A DNA stretch of 64,000 nt, taken from positions 128,001 to 192,000 of the forward strand of contig CAVWIP010000017.1 in the NCBI GenBank assembly GCA_963755125.1, read 5' to 3'. This DNA comes from an uncultured delta proteobacterium. Its GTDB lineage: Bacteria > Myxococcota_A > Polyangia > Fen-1088. The position numbers and the translations under genes are program-made. A model generated the notes under the pieces. That model was not told where the DNA came from. It did not search any database and worked only from the letters and a program-made list of their open reading frames with translations. Of this stretch, positions 7,284 to 17,690 are shown one piece after another. Every line of letters begins with the position of its first letter. Within the stretch, counting starts at the first letter, position 1.

Positions 7284-9692
7284 ATGAAAGCATCACTAGT
7301 CTTCCGATCGATTTTCCTGGGCGCGCTGCTGGTTCTCGCCGGCTGCTCCAAGAGCGCTCAGCAAGAGCAACCCCTGCCAGTGGTTCCAGACGATGGCGGT
7401 AGCACCCATGTCGTGAAGCTTGACGCCGAGGTGGTGGGGGACGGCGCGGGCGACGCCACCAGGAAGGCAGATGGCAACCGCGATTCCGGCGCGGCTGCGG
7501 CGATGGACGGCGCCGTCGCGGCCGGCCCGCCACCGTCGATCACCCTGACCGTCGACCCGGCATCGTTGGTCCCGCCTGCGGATGGCGGCGTCCCCAACCC
7601 GCCGATCATTCCGGCCAGCTACGGGCCCAAGCCGGTGGTCACGGTGACCGTGGTTTCGAATTCGGGCGACATGCGGGCGGACGACGTGTCGTCGGTCACG
7701 GGATCGCTGAACGTCCCGGTCACAGGTACACCGGCAGCGACGGTGACGCTGGCCAAGTCCGAGACGGATTCGGTCCCCGAGTCGAATACGACGCGCTTCG
7801 TCTTCTCCGACGTCCCCATCGATCTCTCGAAGGTCCCCACGGGCTCCTACAATCTGGTATTCACTGCCACCACGGTCGGCGGAACCTCGGCGAGCACCCA
7901 GATCGCGGTGTGGGTGGATTCCGGGCCGATCATCGTCGTGGTCTCTCCCACTGAGGGCGGATACTACAAGGGCTCGGCACCGGTCGAGGTCGACACGACC
8001 CAGACGAACTTCCCCGTCACTCTGATAACCATGGCGGTAGGGCAGGGGGATGCAGTCCCGCTGACGCAGACAAGTACCGGTGTGTACAAGGGTACTATCG
8101 ATTTCAACAGTTATGTCCCACCTTTGGTGGGCGATGAGCTGGTCACCTTCCGCGCTTATGACGAGAATGGAGTTGAGACGGTCGTCGCGCGCGATTTCGT
8201 GAGTGACAACACGGGGCCTTCCATCAGCGCGACGGTGCCTGCCAATGGCGCCATGATCGGGAACGTGATCACCATCAGCGCGACAGTGGTCGATCCGGCC
8301 GGCGTGGATACGTCCTCGGTGGTGGCGGTGGTGGCCAACGGTGACCAGACTTTCCAGATCACGCTGGCCCCATCGACGACGGTGGGCTCCAATGTTTTCT
8401 CGAACCTCTTTGACACGACCAAGCTACCCTCCTACGCCCTCTTCCCCACGATCTCGTTCCGAGCACGGGATGTCCTGGGAAACGAGTCCACAGTCGGCTA
8501 TGAGCTCTCACTCGACAACACGCCGCCCATCATCGATCTGGATCCGCCGTACGTACGAAGGGTCAATAGCAATGGGAACTGTAGCTGGGCCTTCGATCCA
8601 GTGGGCCCAGACGCCGTGGATGACGGCAATATGGTTACCCAGCTCTTCGAGGTTCGAGTGCAGGCGGAGGACAGGGGCAACAAGCCACTGACGGGCACCA
8701 CTGACTTCACACCCATCGGCGGCGTGGATCAAAGCAACGTCCAGTTGCTCATTCTTAGCAATACCTCCCGGCCTTTGGTGGTGGATACCAGCAATCCGCC
8801 CGACGGTCTTTGCGACGCCATCAACCCTGAATTGGTGCCCACCACGAATCCACAGACTGACGTGGATGCGCAGCTCATTACTATGGTGCCCATGGCGCCG
8901 CTTGAAGGTGCGGACTTCAGCCGAGATCCGAGTGTTGCTTGCTCGACGGCGGACTCCACTGTCGCGCCGCCTGACCCCGATTCCTTCTGTGCGACGACCG
9001 AGAACGACAGCAAGACTCAGTTCGCCGTGGGCGACTCGACTCACCAGCCTCACTGCTACACGATGACGGAGGTTCTTTCTTATTTGGTGGAGAACTTGCC
9101 GTCCATCTACACCATTGGGCCGATTGTGGCCGACGGTCTCGAGTGCGCCGGCCACCAGTTTGACTCTTCCAACAACCTCAAGGACGGCTGGGCGTGCCTG
9201 GCCGTGGCGGCGCAAGACATCCTGGGGAACAAGCAGGTTTCGCGCCCCATCCGTATCTGTGTGGTGGCGACTCCGGGGAGTACGGCGTGTTCGGATTTCA
9301 AGTCCGTGACAGGGGTTGTGTTATCGTCGAACTCAGTCGAGATCGACACTGCGGTTCCGCTGGTGGGTCCGGGTGGTGCGGCCTTGCAGGCGAACGACGA
9401 AGTTATCGTCTCGGGTCTGGTCGGTGTTTCTGGGGTCAACGGCCGTTGGCCGGTGACTCCGCTCGACAGCTCAGGCTTGCGCTTCTCACTCCAGGGCGCT
9501 CAGGGCGTAATGGGCGGGGCCTCGCTCTTGGTGGCGCACGCATACGTCGTGCCGGTCGCGTCCATGCCCGACTGCACGGGCACGCTCATCCAGGGCGGGA
9601 CCGACGGAGGCCTTCCGGTGGTCGACTACACGCAGCCGTGCAAGCCGTTCTCGAGTTTTGTTGCGGGTGCGTGGCGACCCTACGGGCAGTAG
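7284..9692 (+). CDS. Large lipoprotein with Ig-like repeats and a Cys-rich C-terminal region
   Basis: Lipobox LAGC, repeated DxxxPxI Ig-like boundaries (VDSGPII, DNTGPSI, DNTPPII), 802 aa. Confidence 0.75.
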   Translation: MKASLVFRSIFLGALLVLAGCSKSAQQEQPLPVVPDDGGSTHVVKLDAEVVGDGAGDATRKADGNRDSGAAAAMDGAVAAGPPPSITLTVDPASLVPPADGGVPNPPIIPASYGPKPVVTVTVVSNSGDMRADDVSSVTGSLNVPVTGTPAATVTLAKSETDSVPESNTTRFVFSDVPIDLSKVPTGSYNLVFTATTVGGTSASTQIAVWVDSGPIIVVVSPTEGGYYKGSAPVEVDTTQTNFPVTLITMAVGQGDAVPLTQTSTGVYKGTIDFNSYVPPLVGDELVTFRAYDENGVETVVARDFVSDNTGPSISATVPANGAMIGNVITISATVVDPAGVDTSSVVAVVANGDQTFQITLAPSTTVGSNVFSNLFDTTKLPSYALFPTISFRARDVLGNESTVGYELSLDNTPPIIDLDPPYVRRVNSNGNCSWAFDPVGPDAVDDGNMVTQLFEVRVQAEDRGNKPLTGTTDFTPIGGVDQSNVQLLILSNTSRPLVVDTSNPPDGLCDAINPELVPTTNPQTDVDAQLITMVPMAPLEGADFSRDPSVACSTADSTVAPPDPDSFCATTENDSKTQFAVGDSTHQPHCYTMTEVLSYLVENLPSIYTIGPIVADGLECAGHQFDSSNNLKDGWACLAVAAQDILGNKQVSRPIRICVVATPGSTACSDFKSVTGVVLSSNSVEIDTAVPLVGPGGAALQANDEVIVSGLVGVSGVNGRWPVTPLDSSGLRFSLQGAQGVMGGASLLVAHAYVVPVASMPDCTGTLIQGGTDGGLPVVDYTQPCKPFSSFVAGAWRPYGQ

Positions 9693-9698
9693 GCCAAA

Positions 9699-12600
9699 TC
9701 ACCACGCCTGCGTGCTCAGGCCACGAGCAAGGCGGTCGGGAGCGCGTTTGGGTGTGCGGCCGTACCAGGCCGTTTGCGCGGCCGAGACTGGCTCCAGTTC
9801 GAATGGGATGAACAGCACCTTGAGGTAGCGGTTGCGGCCGATGCGCTCCCACCCCAGCACGCCCAGAAGAGCCTCCCACATATAGTCGCCAGGCCGCTTG
9901 ACCTGCGACTCCCAGAACGGCACGAACCAAAAGTGGGAGGTCCCGGCCTCGGGGCCGAACCCCTTGCTGAGCCAGATGCTGGGAAAGATGAAGGTTCCTT
10001 CCCAGGTCGGGCGACGAACGCCGAAGTAGAAGGGAAAGACCACGGTGGTGCTGCGTTCCTCGCTCCAGAAACGCCAGTACAGCGGGAACGCGATGGTGCT
10101 GGCGTCGGTGGTTCCGCTGCGCCGGTAGAAGAGCGGCGCCATGGTGTAGGTTTGGTCGCTGACCTCGTTCTGGTAACGCAGGAAGAGCGGCAGGAACATG
10201 GTCAGCCGGCTCTCGTGATACTCGTGCACATCGTAGTAGAGCGGCAGGCCCAGGGTGCTCGACGAGGTGATGTCGCTGCGGTGCCAGAAGAGCAGAAGCC
10301 AGGTCGACAGCGAGCGCTCGGGATTGAAGTGCGCGTAGTACAGCAGCGGCGGGATCACCCGGGTGGTGGTTTCAGTGGTCTTGTCGCTATACGAGAACCA
10401 CAGGGGGAAGAACATACTGAAGCGGCTCTTGAAGTTGTCGCGCCACACGAAGGGTGGCACGTACCACCACAAGCTGTCAGGTGTCGTGCCAAAGCCGAAG
10501 AGTGCGGTGGCGACGGTCTGCGACTGGCGTGAGTGGTTCTCGTAGAACAGGGGCATCAGCGCATCGCTGCCCGTCTGGTTCGTGGGATCGCGCGAATACC
10601 AGAAGAGAGGCAGCACGCCCCGCGTGATTTCGCTATCGTGGTGCGACCAGAGCAACGGACCTGCCAGGTTGAACGAGCTGTGCTCGTCACGGTTGGCAAA
10701 ATGCAAGTACAGCGGCAGCAGCATGACGTGGCTCTTGCTGCCTTGCCGGCCTTGCCACCAGAGCGGGAACACCACATGGGTGCTTCCATCGGGCCGGCTC
10801 GACTGGAAGTAGAACAGCGACACCACTCGGCTGGTTTGGGTTTCGTGGTTGCGATGGTACACGAAGAGCGGGGTCACCAGCAGGCGGCGCTGGGGACTAT
10901 CGGCCGAGACGAACAAGGGCACCAGGCCCGATGCATGGCTGTGCTGCTGGTCGTCCTGGGTGCGGAACCAGGGCCCGACCGTGAGGGTGCGGTGGTCTTG
11001 GTCGTGGCTGGACCAGAAGAAGGGAAGGAAGCTGTCAAGGCGATACCCGTCGTCGCAGCGGCGGCCGAAGTACAGGGGAAAGACGTAGGTGCCGGTGTCT
11101 CCCGGCTGCCAATAGCGCGCATACAAAGGAAACAACACCCGTGCCGTCACGCTCGGGCCATCGACCATGATGTAGGGCCCGAACATGCGTGTGCGCTGGC
11201 CAGTGCCTTGGAAGGTGTGGTCCAGGTAGAGCAAAGGCACGCCGCGGACTTGTACCGCGTCGCTGCCATACCAGAAATAGGGCAAGATGAAGCCGGCGTG
11301 CAGGCCCGGGCGACGAGTCCAGGCCGCCAGGGGCGAGGCGAACAGGGTGCTGCGGCTGTCACGGCGATAGTGCACCAGGGGGAAGAGAGTGAAGCTGGTT
11401 TCGTCCTGGCCGCCCGGCCGGGCGCCGCGGCGGTAGTGGAAGAGTGGAAAGAGGGCATCGGTGGTTTCGCCGCCCCAACTGCGGTGCAGGTAGGTCGCAG
11501 CCACGGTGGTGGTGCGATCGGCGGCGTCGTCGCGGAACCGCCAGAAGAGGGGAAAGAAGACGAAGTGATGGCGTTGGTTGCCACCACCCCAGAACAGGAC
11601 CGGCACGATCCCCGCTGACGACCCATTCCGATCCACGTCGCGGAAGAAGGGGGGCGCTATGGTGGTGGAGGTGCCGCGGCGGGAATCGGCGAAGTGCCAC
11701 AGAAGGGGAATCTGGATGTGGAAACTGGCCTCGCGATCGTGGCCTGCGATAAAGAGCAGGGGCAGGATGGCGGTAGCCGATCTGGTGGCATCCTTGGCGT
11801 GATACCAAAGAGGGAAGGCCAGGGTCGATCTCGATCGCCCGTCGCGAAAGTGCCAGTAGAGCGGGGCCACGATCACATGGCTGCGCTCGGCGCGCTGGCC
11901 GACGAAGACAAAGGGAAAGACACCCCCGCTGCTGCCGCCGTCGGAGAAGTGGCGAGTGTAGGCCCACAGCGGGAAGATGCCGGCTGCGCTGGTGCGCTCG
12001 TCAGCGGAATGGCGGTGAAAGTAGAAGGGCAGGAAGCCGTGTGCGGTCGCGTTCCGGGCACGATCGTGGAAATACCAGAACAGCGGAAAGACCACGCGCG
12101 TGGCTCCGGCGGGGTCGGTGCGCTGGTAGTAGAGCCCCACGATGGTGGTGGTGGCGTCCGCGGGAATATCGCGATAGTGCCAGTAGAGCAGGAGGTAGGA
12201 ATCCAGTTCGCTCTGCCGATCGTGCCAGTGCAGGATGGGCGGCGCCAGCCAGGTCAGCCCGCGCGAACCCGCGTTGTCGTCGCGGCGATACCCGCCCAGA
12301 GGCGACAGATACAGGGCCGTCTTGCCGTGGTCGCCGCGACTGCCGAGAAAGAATGGCAGGATGAGCTGCCAGCTCGATCCCTGTTTTCGGTCGCGTCCCC
12401 ACCAGGCGAGCAGGGCGGCCGACCCCATGGACCAGCCTTCGCGCCGGACATGAAATACCGGAGGGACAGGGATAATGGTGGTGTTCGCCTCCGCTGAGCG
12501 AAACGACCAGAGCAAGGGGAAGCCGACGTCGTAGTTGTAACCCTTGCTGCGGCCGAAATAGTACAGCCACAGGAAAGCACCGGTCTTGCTCTCGCCGTCG

Positions 12601-13511
12601 ACCGATGAGTAGCCCAGCCAGGATCCAAAGTAGCCGCCCTTGGGGTCAGTGTGGCGAAACCCCACCGGGACAATGAGCAGGGTCGCCTCATTCCCGCTGC
12701 GCCAGTAGAAGTTGAGCGGCAAGGCGTAGGTGAAGGTGAATTCCTTTGAACGTGACGAAACGAAGAGGGGACAGACCTCGAACTTGTGGTCAGGTGATCG
12801 TTTCCAGAAATACAGGAAGCCAAGCAGGCCAAAGGAGCGGCCCTTGTCGGGATCACCGATAGTGAACGAGCCCAAGAGCGGCGCGGCCCAGCCGAACTTG
12901 GTCGAAGTGTAGAGGAACGGCCACACCGCCCACGAACGCGCGTCCGGCTGTCGCGTCTGCGAATAGAGGCCGACCACGGTGACCACGCGCTGCTTGAGAT
13001 GGTCTTCGATTCGCCAGTAGAAGGGTGCCACGATCTGCGTGCGGGCTTCCGGGCTCCAGAAGTGCCAGTAAAAAGGGGCCAGCACGCGGTAGCCTGGGTT
13101 GCCCCGGCGCGACCAGTAGAAGGGAATGAAGTCCAGCGTCGCGCCTTCTTTGCGGAAGAGCAGAAGCGTGAAGGCCTTCTCAAAGGCGCGGCAAGCGCCC
13201 TGTTCGCAGATGGTGTCCACTGGGCAATCTACGTCCCGGCTGCACGCTGGTCCCGTGGCCGTGGTTGCAGTCGTGGCCGTGGCCGTGGAGGCAGGCATGG
13301 TCGTGGCCGATCCGGGCTCCGACTCTTGCGCTGGCTTCGCCGGCAGCGGTTCCTCCTCGGCCTGCGCCGTGCGGAAGGGCAACAGCCCCCCCGACCGCAT
13401 GTTGCGAGCGAAGGGATCGAGGTTGGCCGCCGCCCAGGCGGAACTGGACAGCCCGAGCACGAGGGCCGCTGCCGCGATCGACGCTGCCGGAAGGAGACGA
13501 CGTTGTTGCAT
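9699..13511 (-). CDS. Very large secreted aromatic-rich repeat protein of unknown function
   Basis: About 1270 aa with a signal peptide, a Cys-rich CxxDxxC motif, then dozens of [VLF]xP[LF][FY][WY]xxR-type repeats. Confidence 0.8.
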   Translation of the reverse strand: MQQRRLLPAASIAAAALVLGLSSSAWAAANLDPFARNMRSGGLLPFRTAQAEEEPLPAKPAQESEPGSATTMPASTATATTATTATGPACSRDVDCPVDTICEQGACRAFEKAFTLLLFRKEGATLDFIPFYWSRRGNPGYRVLAPFYWHFWSPEARTQIVAPFYWRIEDHLKQRVVTVVGLYSQTRQPDARSWAVWPFLYTSTKFGWAAPLLGSFTIGDPDKGRSFGLLGFLYFWKRSPDHKFEVCPLFVSSRSKEFTFTYALPLNFYWRSGNEATLLIVPVGFRHTDPKGGYFGSWLGYSSVDGESKTGAFLWLYYFGRSKGYNYDVGFPLLWSFRSAEANTTIIPVPPVFHVRREGWSMGSAALLAWWGRDRKQGSSWQLILPFFLGSRGDHGKTALYLSPLGGYRRDDNAGSRGLTWLAPPILHWHDRQSELDSYLLLYWHYRDIPADATTTIVGLYYQRTDPAGATRVVFPLFWYFHDRARNATAHGFLPFYFHRHSADERTSAAGIFPLWAYTRHFSDGGSSGGVFPFVFVGQRAERSHVIVAPLYWHFRDGRSRSTLAFPLWYHAKDATRSATAILPLLFIAGHDREASFHIQIPLLWHFADSRRGTSTTIAPPFFRDVDRNGSSAGIVPVLFWGGGNQRHHFVFFPLFWRFRDDAADRTTTVAATYLHRSWGGETTDALFPLFHYRRGARPGGQDETSFTLFPLVHYRRDSRSTLFASPLAAWTRRPGLHAGFILPYFWYGSDAVQVRGVPLLYLDHTFQGTGQRTRMFGPYIMVDGPSVTARVLFPLYARYWQPGDTGTYVFPLYFGRRCDDGYRLDSFLPFFWSSHDQDHRTLTVGPWFRTQDDQQHSHASGLVPLFVSADSPQRRLLVTPLFVYHRNHETQTSRVVSLFYFQSSRPDGSTHVVFPLWWQGRQGSKSHVMLLPLYLHFANRDEHSSFNLAGPLLWSHHDSEITRGVLPLFWYSRDPTNQTGSDALMPLFYENHSRQSQTVATALFGFGTTPDSLWWYVPPFVWRDNFKSRFSMFFPLWFSYSDKTTETTTRVIPPLLYYAHFNPERSLSTWLLLFWHRSDITSSSTLGLPLYYDVHEYHESRLTMFLPLFLRYQNEVSDQTYTMAPLFYRRSGTTDASTIAFPLYWRFWSEERSTTVVFPFYFGVRRPTWEGTFIFPSIWLSKGFGPEAGTSHFWFVPFWESQVKRPGDYMWEALLGVLGWERIGRNRYLKVLFIPFELEPVSAAQTAWYGRTPKRAPDRLARGLSTQAW

Positions 13512-13522
13512 GCGGGCGGCGA

Positions 13523-14086
13523 TCACGGCTGCGGCGGCAGCATCTTCCATTCGCCGTTCTCACGCACGAACACCACGTCGCCGGTATCCGACTCGTCGCC
13601 CTTTTGGCGCGTGACCTTGAGAGTGGCCGTCTCTCCCTTCACCGCCGAGCTCTTGATGCTGAACTTGGTTCCCTCGACTTCCTTCTGCATCTTCTTGAGG
13701 CCCTCGGTCGCCTGTCCCATCTGCGTGGCCAGCATGCCCTGGTACATGAGGGCATAGCAGTCGATGACCTTCTCCATGTTGCCCTCGACCAGGGCCTTGC
13801 GCCATCGCTCGAAGGTCTTCTCGGGGGTGGAGAACTCGGCCCGTGCCGGCGGAAGCTGGAAGGAGATGCTCTTGATCTTGTCCTTGGGAACCTTGACGGT
13901 CTGTCCCTGGGTCTCGACGGTGAAGACGCCGTCGTAGTAGTGGACGAGCTTGCCGTTCATCTTGGTCTTGTCGAGCAACTCGAAGACCTCGGCGCGCGCG
14001 GCCGGCGCCCACACGGCGGCGACAAGCAAGGCTGCCGCCACCAGGACAGAGGAGCGGGTCGTGCGAATCGAACCCATGGTCGTCAT
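13523..14086 (-). CDS. Secreted hypothetical protein
   Basis: Signal peptide ending PAARA; 4-nt overlap with glyA suggests co-transcription. Confidence 0.75.
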   Translation of the reverse strand: MTTMGSIRTTRSSVLVAAALLVAAVWAPAARAEVFELLDKTKMNGKLVHYYDGVFTVETQGQTVKVPKDKIKSISFQLPPARAEFSTPEKTFERWRKALVEGNMEKVIDCYALMYQGMLATQMGQATEGLKKMQKEVEGTKFSIKSSAVKGETATLKVTRQKGDESDTGDVVFVRENGEWKMLPPQP

Positions 14087-15342
14087 CCCTTCACCGCGAT
14101 CCCTGGTGCCGGGAATCGCTTGGTCAACTCGTGCACCTCGGCCGCGACCTGGGCCGCGTTCTCGTCGCTTGGGTTGGACATCACGCGATCCATCCAGGCC
14201 GCGATCTGTTTCATCTCGGTGGGTCCCATGCCGCGGCTGGTGACCGAGGGCGAGCCCAGTCGGATGCCGGACGGATCGAACGGCTTGCGTGTGTCGTAGG
14301 GCACGGAGTTGTAGTTGAGTTCAATGCCCGCCTTGTCCAGCGCCTTGGCCGCAATCTTTCCTGGGATCTTCTTGTTGCTCAGGTCGACCAGGATGAGATG
14401 GTTGTCGGTGCCGCCCGAAACCACGTGATAGCCACGCGCCATCAACTCGGCGGCCAGAGCCGCGGCGTTCTTCACCACGTTCTGCGCGTACTCGCGGAAG
14501 GCCGACTGCGAGGCTTCGTGCAGGGCGACCGCGATCCCGGCGGTGGTGTGGTCGTGCGGTCCACCCTGCAGCCCGGGAAACACGGCCTTGTCCAGGGCCG
14601 CCGCATGGGCCGTGCGGCACATGAGCATGCCGCCCCGCGGACCCCGCAGGGTCTTGTGAGTCGTGGTGGTGACCACGTCCGCGTGGGGAACCGGCGAAGG
14701 ATGGGCGCCGCCCGCGACCAGGCCCGCGATGTGCGCCATGTCCACCGCGAAACGGGCGCCCACCTCGCGTGCAATCTCGGCCATGGCTGCGAAATCCCAC
14801 AGGCGCGAGTAGGCGGTGCCACCGGCCCACAGCAACTGGGGCCGTTCGCGACGAGCCAGGTCTAGCACCTCGTCGAGGTCGATGCGGCCGGTGTCCTTGC
14901 GCACGCCGTACTGGACCGACTGGAAGTAGCGGCCGGTGATGGACACATTCCAGCCGTGAGTCAGGTGGCCGCCCATGGGCAGAGCCAGACCCATGACCTT
15001 GTCGCCGGGCTTCAAGAAGGCGAAGTAGACAGCCAGGTTGGCCGGCGAGCCCGAGTACGGCTGCACGTTGGCGTGCTCTGCGCCGAACAGCGAGCAGGCG
15101 CGCTCCTGGGCCAGGGTCTCCAGCGGGTCCACGAATTGCTGGCCTTCGTAGTAACGCTTGCCGGCGTAGCCTTCACTGTACTTGTTGGTGAAGACGGAGC
15201 CAGTGGCCTCGAGGACCGCCCGCGAGACGTAGTTCTCCGACGGAATAAGTCGGATCTTGTCGGCCTGGCGGCGCTCCTCGGAGCGGATCAATTCGAGCAC
15301 CTTGGGGTCGGCCACGGACAGCGGTTCATCGACGAACTTCAT
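14083..15342 (-). CDS. glyA: Serine hydroxymethyltransferase
   Basis: LIPSENY, NKYSEGY, NVQPYSGS, GGHLTHG and PLP-lysine motif TTTTHKTLRGPRGG. Confidence 0.97.
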   Translation of the reverse strand: MKFVDEPLSVADPKVLELIRSEERRQADKIRLIPSENYVSRAVLEATGSVFTNKYSEGYAGKRYYEGQQFVDPLETLAQERACSLFGAEHANVQPYSGSPANLAVYFAFLKPGDKVMGLALPMGGHLTHGWNVSITGRYFQSVQYGVRKDTGRIDLDEVLDLARRERPQLLWAGGTAYSRLWDFAAMAEIAREVGARFAVDMAHIAGLVAGGAHPSPVPHADVVTTTTHKTLRGPRGGMLMCRTAHAAALDKAVFPGLQGGPHDHTTAGIAVALHEASQSAFREYAQNVVKNAAALAAELMARGYHVVSGGTDNHLILVDLSNKKIPGKIAAKALDKAGIELNYNSVPYDTRKPFDPSGIRLGSPSVTSRGMGPTEMKQIAAWMDRVMSNPSDENAAQVAAEVHELTKRFPAPGIAVKG

Positions 15343-15484
15343 GGCCCCGCAAGCTATTCCGGCGGGGGGCGTGAGTCAACGCAAGGAACGTGTCGGCTCC
15401 TCTTTTCATCGGCCGGCACGCAACCTGGCAGCCGGCCTGCCGACAACATCGGCGTCCGTCAACTTCTTTGCAGGAGGCTCGAAA

Positions 15485-15946
15485 ATGAATCCAATATCGC
15501 GAATCGTTCTCTCGACCGTTTCTTTGCTCGCCCTGTCGCTCTTTCCGCTTGCGGGGTGCGACGCCGGGGCAAAGCCCGAGTCCGTGGAGCAGGTCACGCT
15601 CCACATCGAGGACGTGCCAGAGGACGTTGCCTGCTTGCGCATCACCGCCACCGGCACCAGCCGTCAGGTGGTGCGCGACCTCGACGTCACCCTGGGCCAA
15701 GCCGTGAGCGAGTCCTTCTCCGGCTTGCCCATCGGCACCGTCGTCTTCCAGGCCGCCGCTTACTCGCAAACCTGCGACAACGTCACCAAGAGCACGGTTC
15801 CCTCCTGGATCAGCGACGAGGTTTCTGTGACGGTGAGCCTCACCCACTCGACCAGCGTGTCACTGACGTTGTACCAGAACGGGCGGGCCAAGGTCACCGT
15901 CGGTTTCGATCCCGAGTCAGACGCCGGGACGCCAGACGGGGGGTAA
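15485..15946 (+). CDS. Small lipoprotein
   Basis: AGGAGG RBS, signal peptide with LAGC lipobox, beta-rich domain. Confidence 0.75.
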   Translation: MNPISRIVLSTVSLLALSLFPLAGCDAGAKPESVEQVTLHIEDVPEDVACLRITATGTSRQVVRDLDVTLGQAVSESFSGLPIGTVVFQAAAYSQTCDNVTKSTVPSWISDEVSVTVSLTHSTSVSLTLYQNGRAKVTVGFDPESDAGTPDGG

Positions 15947-16067
15947 AACCCGTCTGCAGCCGTGGTCAACGCGGGCGAGTTCGTTCCTCATACTCGCCCG
16001 CGCCGGCTGTCGTCCCAAATCTGCGATGTATTGTGATAGCTTGCACAGGCAAATGTCGGCAGCCCGC

Positions 16068-17621
16068 ATGGCAAGCGCGAAGGATCGCAAAGGCACCAGG
16101 CTCGGTCGCTACACGCTGGTCGAGCATCTGGCCACGGGGGGAATGGCGGAGATCTTTCTTGCCTCGCACGAGGCTGCGGGCGGATTCCGCAAGGAACTGG
16201 TGCTCAAGATCCTGCAGCCACGTTGGGCGGAACATCGGGCGGTGGTGGACCTGTTCATGGGCGAGGCGCGCATCGCCGCGATGCTGAACCATCCCAACAT
16301 TGTCGACATATACGACGTCGATAGCCAGGACGGGACCTACTTCATCGCCATGGAGTATGTCCCTGGCAAGACCTTGACCGAGCTGGCTCGTCGTGCCATC
16401 GAGGTTTCGCAGCTCCTGTATCTGGACATCGGGGCGCATATCGTCGCCGAGGTGGCGTCGGCGCTGGCCTACATGGATGAGGCGCTGGACGAGAATGGCC
16501 AGCCGATGCACGTCGTGCATCGTGATGTTTCACCCACCAACGTCATCATCGGTCACTCAGGCCAGGTCAAGCTCATCGACTTCGGGATTGCCCGACAAGG
16601 GACGGCAATCAAGGATGAGGCGGGCCTCCGTCCAGGCAAGGCATCGTATATGTCTCCCGAGCAGGCGCAGGGGGCCGCGCTGGATGGGCGCTCTGACATC
16701 TTCAGCCTGGGCACCATTCTCTACGAGATCACGGTGGGCCGTCGGCTCTGGCGCGGTTCAAAGGTGAACTCCATCCGTCGCATCGTCGAGGAAAAGCCGG
16801 TCCCACCTACCTACGTGCGGCACGACTATCCCGGCGACCTTGAAATGATCGTGATGCGCGCGCTGGAAAAGAAGCCCGAGGACCGCTACCAGTCGGCGCA
16901 TGAATTTGCCGAGGCCTTGCAGTACTTCTTGCAGGATTCGGGTGCCAGGATGCGCAGCCACCATCAGCTCGCACGCTACCTGCGTGAAATCTACTCGCCG
17001 GAGGCTGAGGCGCAGATTACCGAGGACGCCCTCCGGCAGGCGCGCATTTTTGCCGAAGGGGATGAGGATAGTCGGCAGGAAGACGCTGAGGTTCTTGACT
17101 TCGATCAGGCTCCTGCCGACGGCCCGGGCGCGGCGCTGGCCAGGGCTTTGCGCGCCACTGGGTCAGCCCTGGATTCCAGGCCGGTCGGCGTTGACAGTGT
17201 TTCTCCGGGTGCCGACCAAGCGGCAGGCCGGGACAGCGTCGTGCCCGCTGGTATGGAGAATAGGCCGGGGCCACCCGACGCGTCTGGAAAACTACCGTCG
17301 CGCGCTGACGAAGTGGTCAAACTGGAGGACGGTGGGCACGCGACCCGCGATAGCGGGCAAGGCGCGGCCGTGGCATCGGACGCGGCGCAGGCTCCTGTTT
17401 CGCCTGCGGACTCGGCTTCAGCGGATGCCGCGCGGTCGGCGTCCCAGTCAGTTGCGGCCCCGCGCCGAACCCCTACCGTGGCGCGCGTCAGCCGCGCCCC
17501 GAAGGCCGTTGTCAAAGAGGACAAGGTGCCCAGATCGGTTCCACTCGGGGCGGTCCTGTTCGTCGCTGTGCTGTTGGCTGCTGCGGCGGCCGGCCTGGTG
17601 TGGCTGCTTCGCGGCGGATAA
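16068..17621 (+). CDS. Eukaryotic-like Ser/Thr protein kinase with a C-terminal TM helix
   Basis: LATGGMAEIF, VLK, HRDVSPTN, DFG, YMSPEQ and DIFSLG motifs. Start uncertain (16026-16068). Confidence 0.93.
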   Translation: MASAKDRKGTRLGRYTLVEHLATGGMAEIFLASHEAAGGFRKELVLKILQPRWAEHRAVVDLFMGEARIAAMLNHPNIVDIYDVDSQDGTYFIAMEYVPGKTLTELARRAIEVSQLLYLDIGAHIVAEVASALAYMDEALDENGQPMHVVHRDVSPTNVIIGHSGQVKLIDFGIARQGTAIKDEAGLRPGKASYMSPEQAQGAALDGRSDIFSLGTILYEITVGRRLWRGSKVNSIRRIVEEKPVPPTYVRHDYPGDLEMIVMRALEKKPEDRYQSAHEFAEALQYFLQDSGARMRSHHQLARYLREIYSPEAEAQITEDALRQARIFAEGDEDSRQEDAEVLDFDQAPADGPGAALARALRATGSALDSRPVGVDSVSPGADQAAGRDSVVPAGMENRPGPPDASGKLPSRADEVVKLEDGGHATRDSGQGAAVASDAAQAPVSPADSASADAARSASQSVAAPRRTPTVARVSRAPKAVVKEDKVPRSVPLGAVLFVAVLLAAAAAGLVWLLRGG

Positions 17622-17690
17622 CCCCATCAGACAACTCGTCCGCGAATCAGGCTGTGCTACCCTCATGGGCCAAGGGGCTTCCAAGCTGCC

